NCBI GenBank assembly: GCA_030612305.1
Contig: JAUWOG010000001.1
Coordinates: forward strand, 1-28,645
DNA length: 28,645 nt
DNA from: Armatimonadota bacterium
GTDB lineage: Bacteria > Armatimonadota > Zipacnadia > Zipacnadales > UBA11051
Reading direction: 5' to 3'
Shown here: piece by piece, positions 16,019 through 23,325 of the stretch
Layout: every line of letters begins with the position of its first letter
Numbering within the stretch: the first letter of the stretch is position 1
Notes under the pieces: model-generated
Databases searched by the model: none
What the model was told of the DNA's origin: nothing
What the model saw: the letters and a program-made list of their open reading frames with translations, nothing else
Translations under genes and position numbers: made by a program

Positions 16019-17377
16019 ATGTTGCGAATGGAAACTGTAGTGGCCCCGAATGCCTCCCCCGCTGTTCTCCCCCAGGTTGTTGCACAAAGCGCCCTTCTGG
16101 AACTGGCGGCCCTCGAGCTTGAAGAGAAAGTCAAGGAAGAGCTGGAGGAGAACCCCGCCCTCGAATTCAAGAACGAAACGCTGCCGCCGATTGACTACTT
16201 ACCGGCGCCGAATCTTCCGCGTGGCCCGGCCGGCCGGGACGACGCCCACGGCTCCGACGCATGGGCCAATCTGGCGGATACCTACACACTCCGGGACGAC
16301 CTCAAGCGCCAGTTCCGCGCCCAGAATCCCAGCGACCACTATCCCATCGGCGAACTTCTCATCGAGGCCATAGACGAAGACGGCTATCTGGCCATTTCTG
16401 TCGAGGAGGCCGCGGAGACCCTCTGCGTCGCCTGCGCGGAAGTCGAGCAGGCACTCGACGCCATCCACGATCTTTCTCCGTGCGGCCTTGGCGCTCGCAG
16501 CCTCGTCGAGTGTCTCCGGCTGCAACTGGAATGCCTTGAGCCATCTCGCCTCCCCGAGGGTGTAGAAGCCGTCATCGAAGCCATGCCGTACCTCAGCGAA
16601 CAGTCTCTCCGGGGCGCTGCGAATTGCATCACCGAACTGAAGGCGATGACGAGACTCTCCCCCTCCCGGCTCCGCAGCGCACTGGAATTCATCCGCAAGC
16701 ATCTCTCTCCCTATCCCGGCCGCGCCTTTCACGAGCCCTGGGAAGGAGCGAAGCACGAAACCCAGTACGTTTACCCCGATGTCGTGCTCTCGCTGGGGCT
16801 GGAAGATGACATCATCATCTCGATACCCCAGTCGGAGCGGCTCGCATTGCGCATCAGCGGCGCGTACCAGCGGCTTGACAACCAACTACGCGCTGCCTGT
16901 ATTCGCACCCGCGACGAGCGCCTCAAAGACGCCCGCAGGCAAGTGCGCGAGGCCCGCCAGTTCATCGAGAATCTCACCCGCCGATATCGCACCACCTATC
17001 AGGTCATGAGCGCGATTATTGACCGGCAGAGCGAGTTCATCCGCAGCGGCCCCGCACACCTCAAGCCGCTCAGCAAGAAGGAGATCGCACAGAGCATCAG
17101 CATCCATGAGGCCACAGTCTGCCGCGCAACTAAGGGCAAGTATGTCCTGATGCCTGACGGGCGGCTGGAAGAGATAGACATATTCTTCGATGACGCCCTG
17201 CCAGCGAGGAGCCTGATTCGCCGGCTGGTCAACTCCGAGGACAAATTGAAGCCGCTGTCGGATCGCCGCCTCCAGGACGAGCTCTGCCGGCGCGGCTTCG
17301 ACCTGGCCCGCCGCACTGTCACCAAGTACCGCCTCCAACTCGAGATCCCCTCGGCGAGCCGCCGCCGGGCGGCATAG
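16019..17377 (+). CDS. rpoN: RNA polymerase sigma-54 factor RpoN
   Basis: Region I (PQVV...ELEENPALE), HTH KPLSKKEIAQSISIHEATVCRA, PLSDRRL and RpoN box ARRTVTKYR. Confidence 0.95.
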   Translation: MLRMETVVAPNASPAVLPQVVAQSALLELAALELEEKVKEELEENPALEFKNETLPPIDYLPAPNLPRGPAGRDDAHGSDAWANLADTYTLRDDLKRQFRAQNPSDHYPIGELLIEAIDEDGYLAISVEEAAETLCVACAEVEQALDAIHDLSPCGLGARSLVECLRLQLECLEPSRLPEGVEAVIEAMPYLSEQSLRGAANCITELKAMTRLSPSRLRSALEFIRKHLSPYPGRAFHEPWEGAKHETQYVYPDVVLSLGLEDDIIISIPQSERLALRISGAYQRLDNQLRAACIRTRDERLKDARRQVREARQFIENLTRRYRTTYQVMSAIIDRQSEFIRSGPAHLKPLSKKEIAQSISIHEATVCRATKGKYVLMPDGRLEEIDIFFDDALPARSLIRRLVNSEDKLKPLSDRRLQDELCRRGFDLARRTVTKYRLQLEIPSASRRRAA

Positions 17378-17510
17378 CCCGCAGCGGGCGTCGCCTGTCA
17401 GTGCTGTTTGCCGCGATGTCGTAGTGGAGGGCCCGGCCGACGGGCGGAAACGTGGCTTCCCCAGGGAGACCGGCCCGCGCAAGAGACGACCCCACCAGGA
17501 CCCACATCAC

Positions 17511-17526
17511 TGGCACACCTATTGCA
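17511..17526 (+). promoter_or_regulatory. sigma54 -24/-12 promoter upstream of flgB
   Basis: TGGCAC-ACCTA-TTGCA, exact consensus. Confidence 0.88.
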
Positions 17527-17664
17527 GTGTATCGCATGACCAGAGTGGGGGATGGGGGAGAGCCGCGCGGGCACCCACGCCGGAGGCGTAGGTCAGGCGT
17601 CCAGCCTGACGGCGTTGGCAGCCCCACGGAATCGCAGATGCGCGCAGAAAGCGCAGGAGAAAAA

Positions 17665-18066
17665 ATGGCGCAACGAGCCATGTTGTCAGACATCACTGTT
17701 GCCGCGCTGGCAAAGGGCCTCGATGGCGCTTATGCTCGCCAGCTTGCCATCGGTGACAATCTGGCGAATGTCGAGACGCCCAACTACCAGGCGAAGCGAG
17801 TGAGCTTCGAGGCCAGTCTCCGCGCGGCCATCGGTGCCGAGAGGTCCGCCCGGGGCGCTGGACGCGGCCGCAGGCGCATCGAAGACGTCCTCCCGCACGT
17901 GCAGCGCACCACCGCCACCTGGAGGCGGGATGGCAACACGGTGGATCTCGAGACTGAGATGGTCGCGATGGCAAAAACCTCGCTGCACTACCGGATGCTG
18001 TCGCGACTGATGGCCAAGAAGTTCCGCATGATGGCGCGGACGCTGAACGGGGGCGGTGGCCAGTGA
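17665..18066 (+). CDS. flgB: Flagellar basal-body rod protein FlgB
   Basis: DNLANVETPNYQAK and RRDGNTVDLETEM motifs. Start re-called at ATG 17665 (RBS AGGAG). Confidence 0.93.
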   Translation: MAQRAMLSDITVAALAKGLDGAYARQLAIGDNLANVETPNYQAKRVSFEASLRAAIGAERSARGAGRGRRRIEDVLPHVQRTTATWRRDGNTVDLETEMVAMAKTSLHYRMLSRLMAKKFRMMARTLNGGGGQ

Positions 18067-18458
18067 GCATCTTTCGGGCTATGGACGTGAGCGGCAGCGG
18101 CCTCCGTGCGCAGCGTGTGCGCATGGACACCATCGCCGAGAATATCGCCAACGCCGAGACTACGCGCACCGCCGAGGGCGGCCCCTATCGCCGCCTGCGA
18201 GTGCTGGTAGCGCCCGCCGATGACAGCAGCGGCGGCGTCCAGCTAGTCGCCGTCATGCCCGATGAGGGCCCCCTGAAGCAGGTCTATGACCCGTCCCACC
18301 CGGATGCCGACGAGCAGGGCTACGTGCAGATGCCGAACGTGGATATCGCCACCGAGATGGTGGACATGGTGACTGCCAGCCGGGCCTACGAAGCCAATGC
18401 GAAGGCACTCGCGATGGCACGGGCGATGGTGCGGGACGCCATAGACATTCTCACCTGA
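18063..18458 (+). CDS. flgC: Flagellar basal-body rod protein FlgC
   Basis: SGSGLRAQRVRMDTIAENIANAETT, YDPSHPDAD, PNVDIATEMVDM and YEAN motifs. GTGA overlap with flgB. Confidence 0.96.
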   Translation: MSIFRAMDVSGSGLRAQRVRMDTIAENIANAETTRTAEGGPYRRLRVLVAPADDSSGGVQLVAVMPDEGPLKQVYDPSHPDADEQGYVQMPNVDIATEMVDMVTASRAYEANAKALAMARAMVRDAIDILT

Positions 18459-18464
18459 TGACAA

Positions 18465-18519
18465 CTATGCACAAGCTCACTATCCACTTCTTCCACAAAC
18501 TTATCCACAACTCACCACA
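18465..18519 (+). promoter_or_regulatory. Cluster of DnaA-box-like 9-mers in the flgC-fliE gap
   Basis: Perfect TTATCCACA at 18501, with co-oriented variants CTATGCACA (18465), CTATCCACT (18480), TCTTCCACA (18489) and a weak CTCACCACA (18511). Confidence 0.45.
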
Positions 18520-18613
18520 CGAAGCTCAAGCATCACCTCCACCGCCGTCGCCGCATCAGTAGTCTCCAGCCACCGCCACTCACCTGCCGGAATCCGGGAC
18601 CAGGAGTAAGAGC

Positions 18614-18988
18614 ATGCCGATACGCCCCGTGCAAACAGATGCCAGGCTCCTTGAGAGCGCAATGCCTGCCGGCGGTTCGGGGTCGCTTGAGAGCCGGCCC
18701 ATCAGGCCTCTGGAGCCGCTGTCTCCGGGCGGGCCGACAACTCGAACCGACAGCGCGGAGACGGGGAGCAACACCTTCGGAGACCTCCTTCACGGCGCGT
18801 TGCGGCAGGTCAATGAGCTCCAGGTCGAGGCCGATCACCAGGCGGAGCTGCTGGCCACCGGCGAGGCACAGAACCCGCATGACGCTGTCATCGCCATGGA
18901 GAAGGCTGATCTGGCGCTGCAACTGACCATCAGAATCACTGAGAAGGCCCTCTCCGCTTATCAGCAGGTCAGCCAGATACAAATCTAG
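18614..18988 (+). CDS. fliE: Flagellar hook-basal body protein FliE
   Basis: FGDLLHGALRQVN, HDAVIAMEKADLALQL and AYQQVSQIQI. RBS AGGAG. Confidence 0.93.
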   Translation: MPIRPVQTDARLLESAMPAGGSGSLESRPIRPLEPLSPGGPTTRTDSAETGSNTFGDLLHGALRQVNELQVEADHQAELLATGEAQNPHDAVIAMEKADLALQLTIRITEKALSAYQQVSQIQI

Positions 18989-19029
18989 ATAACTGACGGC
19001 GGGGGCGTACCCCGCTTTACATCAACGGC

Positions 19030-20676
19030 ATGAAAGATCAGATTTCGGAAATATGGGCGCGTTTCGATACTCGCCAGCGCTGCACCGTAGTCGCACTCGG
19101 CCTCCTGACTGCTGTAATGCTCGGATTGGTCGCGCGCCGCTCGCTGCAGCCTGATTGGGCGCTGCTTTACGGTGGCCTACAGCCTGAAAGCGCCTCTGCG
19201 ATCGTCGAAGAACTCGGCTCCCGGAATATCCCCTACAGCCTCAGCCGCCAGGGCACTGCAGTCATGGTCGAGAGGACCCGCCTCTACGAACTCCGCCTCG
19301 AACTGGCCGGCAAGGGCCTCCCCAACAGTACCGGCGTCGGCTTTGAGATATTCGACCGCACCTCTTTGCCCGGCACCGAGTTCTCCAACCACGTCAATAT
19401 GCAGCGCGCGCTGCAGGGCGAACTCAGCCGCTCCATCAACTGCATTGACGAGGTCGTCGCCTCACGCGTCCATCTCGTCCTGCCTAAGGAGTCGCTGTAC
19501 GGGGAGAACGCACAAGCCTCCGCCTCCGTGGTCTTGAGCCTCCGCCCCGGCGCCCGCCTTGCCCAGCGCCAGGTGCAGGGCCTGGTCAACCTCGTCGCCG
19601 CCGCCGTCGAGGGCCTCAAGCCTCAAGCCGTCATCGTCGTTGACGCCGGCGGCAATATCATCTCCTGCGGCGATGAAGACGGCCTCGGGCGCGGTCAGAT
19701 GACCTCCGCCCAACTGGACACCACACAGGCCTTCGAAGAAAACCTCCGCGGCGAGCTCCAGTCCATGCTCGATGCCGTCATCGGGCCCCACAAGGCCATA
19801 GTGAGAGTCCAGGCAGAACTGGATTTCGACACCGAGCAGGTGCAGTCGGAGACATACACGGAACCGCTCGGCGCGAATCAGGGCCTCACCTCGGCTCACA
19901 TCGTCGAGGAGACCTACGAGGGCGGGGGCACACCCGGCGGAGTTGGCGCAGGCATCTCGGCTAACATGCCGGGCGGGATGATGTCGGGTACGCCTTCTGC
20001 CGGCGGCAAGTACCTCTCCCGCGAGGAGACCCACAAGTACGAGCTGTCGCGGGAACTCGTCGAGAAGACTATCGCCGCGGGCACGCTCAAGCGCCTGACT
20101 GTCGCCGCCATCGTTGATCAGGAGACGGCCTCTGCAGACGTCGCCAAGGTCAAGGAACTCCTCGAAGCCGCCTCCGGATATGACGAGGCACGCGGCGACA
20201 AGCTCGTCATCCAGACCATGGCGATTGCCGCCATAAAGATTGCTGAAGAATCGGAGAAGGAGGCGGAAGAGGCTGCAGCGGCTCAGAAACGTCAGGAGCA
20301 ACTTGGCATGATGGCGCACTACGGTTCCGGGCTGCTGGCATTCATCGTGCTCGGCGCTGCGATCCTCTTCGGCTCGCGCCAGGTGCGCAACGCCGTCGCC
20401 GCCGTCAGCCTCCCCGCTCAGACGCCACCGGACGGCGCGCCTCCGCAGTCACAGCAGGCCGCCGGCGCCTCGTCCGTGCCGCACTTGCCCGCCTCAGCGC
20501 AGCAGCCTGCGGACACGGCGGCGGCCCGCCGCGTGCAGGAGGGTGCGGTCCTCGACGCGGGCAAAGCCGCCGGCCTATCCAACGAGGAGCTCACACAAAT
20601 CGTGCGCAATATGGCCACCGAGCGCCCCGAGGCCGTGGTCAAGCAGCTGGAGCTCTGGCTCAGCGGCAAGGAGTAG
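19030..20676 (+). CDS. fliF: Flagellar MS-ring protein FliF
   Basis: N-terminal TM, LRLELAGKGLP, GFEIFD, QRALQGELSRSI, ARVH-like SRVHLVLP, a second TM, and a C-terminal PEAVVKQLELWL. Confidence 0.96.
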   Translation: MKDQISEIWARFDTRQRCTVVALGLLTAVMLGLVARRSLQPDWALLYGGLQPESASAIVEELGSRNIPYSLSRQGTAVMVERTRLYELRLELAGKGLPNSTGVGFEIFDRTSLPGTEFSNHVNMQRALQGELSRSINCIDEVVASRVHLVLPKESLYGENAQASASVVLSLRPGARLAQRQVQGLVNLVAAAVEGLKPQAVIVVDAGGNIISCGDEDGLGRGQMTSAQLDTTQAFEENLRGELQSMLDAVIGPHKAIVRVQAELDFDTEQVQSETYTEPLGANQGLTSAHIVEETYEGGGTPGGVGAGISANMPGGMMSGTPSAGGKYLSREETHKYELSRELVEKTIAAGTLKRLTVAAIVDQETASADVAKVKELLEAASGYDEARGDKLVIQTMAIAAIKIAEESEKEAEEAAAAQKRQEQLGMMAHYGSGLLAFIVLGAAILFGSRQVRNAVAAVSLPAQTPPDGAPPQSQQAAGASSVPHLPASAQQPADTAAARRVQEGAVLDAGKAAGLSNEELTQIVRNMATERPEAVVKQLELWLSGKE

Positions 20677-20727
20677 CGGCGCAAGCTGGACTGTGCCCGG
20701 GCTCGGCTTACAACCAGATGGTTGATA

Positions 20728-20928
20728 ATGAATTGGCGCAGGCTGAGCAGACTGCTGGTAATTGCGTTGGCGGTATTCGGGGGCATAGCCCTGGCTGCCG
20801 TTGTGCTAATCGCACTGTGCGGTCCGACGCTGAGTACTCAGCGGCTCGTGGCGTTCTTCACGACTATGTTCGCAGTGACCGGCGCGGCAGTGACTGTTGC
20901 GGTTCTGGTTGTCACTGACCGTGGCTAG
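20728..20928 (+). CDS. Small 2-TM hypothetical protein between fliF and fliH
   Basis: 66-aa ORF MNWRRLSRLLVIALAVFGGIALAAVVLIAL...LVAFFTTMFAVTGAAVTVAVLVV with two hydrophobic helices. It fills the fliF-fliH gap in frame order with the operon. Confidence 0.55.
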   Translation: MNWRRLSRLLVIALAVFGGIALAAVVLIALCGPTLSTQRLVAFFTTMFAVTGAAVTVAVLVVTDRG

Positions 20929-20956
20929 TACCTACTGGCTTACTCAGGCCTCCAAC

Positions 20957-21754
20957 ATGCCTCGGACAACCAACATGGCAACGGACCAGCATACCACACA
21001 GAACTCGCGTGACAGCGGCGACGCGGAGCATTTCCAGCCCCGCCACCTCGCTGTCGGCGTGGACGATGCGGCCTGCGCCGAGGCGACACGCTTCCAGCCG
21101 TGCGTTCTGGGTGAGGTCATCGAGCCGGGCGCAGACCCGAGCGCGCAGCAGTCCGGCCGGCCGGGATTCCTGGAGGCGCACCAGCAGGCCGAGCACATCC
21201 TCGAAGAGGCCCGCCGGCAAGCCGACCACCTCCAGCAGGAAACCCAGGACCAGATCGAGATACTGCTGCTGCGACGCGCCGGAGAGGAAACCGAGGCCGT
21301 CCGCCGGGAGCAGACTGCGCGCTTCGAGCAGGCCGCCCATGCGCTCATCGAGCAGTTCCGCCAGGATGCCGGCGCCGCGCTCGAAGAACTCTCCGCACAG
21401 GTGGCGGAGCTGGCGGCCGGCATCACCGCAAAGATCATCCACCGCCACATCGCCGCCGATGACCGCATCGTGCTCGATATCGTCTCAGAGGCGCTCGGGC
21501 GGCTCGCTGACATCAGTCGCCTGCGAATCGTCATCAATCCCGCCGACGAGCCGGCCATCGCGGAGCACCGCGACGAGCTGCTGGCACAGGTCTCCGGCCT
21601 CGACGGGCTCGACATCGTCACTGACGCGGACGTCGAGCGCGGCGGCTGCCTCCTTGACAGCGACCGGGGCGAGGTTGACGCCCGCCTCAGCTCCCAGCTC
21701 GAGCTTATCTGGAAGCGCGTCTCGGCAAGCGATGTGCTGAGAAAGACGGCGTGA
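20957..21754 (+). CDS. fliH: Flagellar assembly protein FliH (start uncertain: 20957 or 20975)
   Basis: Coiled-coil AEHILEEARRQA, IAxKII-like ITAKII, IVINPAD and C-terminal VERGGCLLDSDRGEVDARL. It precedes fliI with a GTGA overlap. Confidence 0.88.
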   Translation: MPRTTNMATDQHTTQNSRDSGDAEHFQPRHLAVGVDDAACAEATRFQPCVLGEVIEPGADPSAQQSGRPGFLEAHQQAEHILEEARRQADHLQQETQDQIEILLLRRAGEETEAVRREQTARFEQAAHALIEQFRQDAGAALEELSAQVAELAAGITAKIIHRHIAADDRIVLDIVSEALGRLADISRLRIVINPADEPAIAEHRDELLAQVSGLDGLDIVTDADVERGGCLLDSDRGEVDARLSSQLELIWKRVSASDVLRKTA

Positions 21755-23121
21755 GCGAGGCCATGAGCGAAAACGAAATCGCTCGGCTGGTCGGCGACAT
21801 TGACACCATCCGGCGCATCGGACGCGTGAGCCAGACGATCGGCCTCGTCATCGAGTCCGACGGCCCGCCGGCGCGTATCGGCGAGCTGTGCCGCATCTTC
21901 CCCTCACCCGCCGCCACACAGAGAGCGCCGGATACCGAAGGCCGTGCGGCGACGCCGATCCTCGCCGAAGTCGTCGGCTTTCGCCATGACAAGCTGCTCA
22001 TGATGCCGTTCGGCGACACCGAGCAGATCTGCGTCAACAGTGAGGTCGTGCCCACGGGCAAGCCGATGCGCCTGGAGGTCAGCGAGGCGATGCTCGGACG
22101 AGTGCTCGACGGCCTCGGCCGCCCCATAGACGGTATGCCCCTGCCCGCCGGCGGTGAGTCGTATCCCATCACCGCACCGCCGCCGCCACCGATGACCCGC
22201 CGCGCCATCAGCGAGCCGCTGCCGCTCGGCATCCGCGCCATTGATGCGCTCATCACCTGCGGCAAGGGGCAGCGCCTCGGCATCTTCTCCGGCTCCGGCA
22301 TCGGCAAGTCAACGCTCCTGGGCATGATCGCGCGCAACACCGGACGGACCGCCTCCGCCGCCGATGTCAATGTCATCGCACTCATCGGCGAGCGCGGCCG
22401 CGAGCTCCGCGAGTTCATTGACCACTCGCTGGGACCCGAAGGTCTGCGCCGCTCGGTGGTTGTCGTCGCAACCGGGGACAGACCGCCTCTGGTACGCCTG
22501 CGCGGCGCCTATGTCGCCACTGCCATCGCCGAGTACTTCCGCGCCCGGGGGGCCGATGTCCTGCTGATGATGGACTCGGTGACGCGCTTCGCATGGGCGC
22601 AGCGGGAAGTCGGCCTCGCTGTCGGCGAGCCACCGACGCGTGGCGGCTACACGCCCTCGGTCTTCGCCAAGCTGCCGCAACTCCTGGAGCGCTCCGGCAT
22701 GGGCGAGACCGGCTCCATCACCGGCCTCTACACGGTGCTGGTGGACGGCGACGACCTCAACGAACCCGTTGCTGATGCGGTCCGCAGCACTCTCGACGGC
22801 CATGTGGTACTCTCACGCGACCTGGCGACCCGCAATCACTACCCGCCGATTGACGTGCTGGAGAGCGTGAGCCGCCTGACGCCGCGCATCTGCACTCCGG
22901 AGCAGCTTGAGGCTGCCGGCGCGGTCCGCAAGCTCATCGCCGACTACGACGAGGCGGAGGACCTCATCAACCTGGGCGCTTACGAGCATGGCTCGAACCC
23001 CGACGTGGACGCCGCAATTCGCCTCCGCCAGCCGCTCCTGGACTTCCTCCAGCAGTCCTCCGCCGACACCGCCGACTACGCCGCGACCCTCACCCGCCTG
23101 CAGCAGATCCTCGCCGCGTAG
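21751..23121 (+). CDS. fliI: Flagellum-specific export ATPase FliI
   Basis: Walker A GSGIGKST, IGERGRE, LMMDSVTRFA, GEPPTRGGY and HYPPIDVLESVSR. Confidence 0.96.
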   Translation: MSEAMSENEIARLVGDIDTIRRIGRVSQTIGLVIESDGPPARIGELCRIFPSPAATQRAPDTEGRAATPILAEVVGFRHDKLLMMPFGDTEQICVNSEVVPTGKPMRLEVSEAMLGRVLDGLGRPIDGMPLPAGGESYPITAPPPPPMTRRAISEPLPLGIRAIDALITCGKGQRLGIFSGSGIGKSTLLGMIARNTGRTASAADVNVIALIGERGRELREFIDHSLGPEGLRRSVVVVATGDRPPLVRLRGAYVATAIAEYFRARGADVLLMMDSVTRFAWAQREVGLAVGEPPTRGGYTPSVFAKLPQLLERSGMGETGSITGLYTVLVDGDDLNEPVADAVRSTLDGHVVLSRDLATRNHYPPIDVLESVSRLTPRICTPEQLEAAGAVRKLIADYDEAEDLINLGAYEHGSNPDVDAAIRLRQPLLDFLQQSSADTADYAATLTRLQQILAA

Positions 23122-23325
23122 CTCGCCGCTCTCGTCCCCGGGAAGCCATCCTCCTGCGCGCGGCCGCAAACCGTCCGCCACCCGAGTCTCTCTCGCCGTT
23201 GGCTTTGGGTCGTCCCTCTTGCTATACTGAGTCGGAAAGGGCTTTCAGGCATGACGCAGAAATGATACAATGATAATCCACTTCATGTATCGCTCTTCAG
23301 TTTGCTCTATCGAGGGGAGGGTGAA

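Noticed and set aside
19030-23121. Injectisome (non-flagellar T3SS) interpretation of fliF/H/I
   Set aside because: Rod genes flgB/flgC, fliE, fliM, cheY and cheX show that the system is flagellar.
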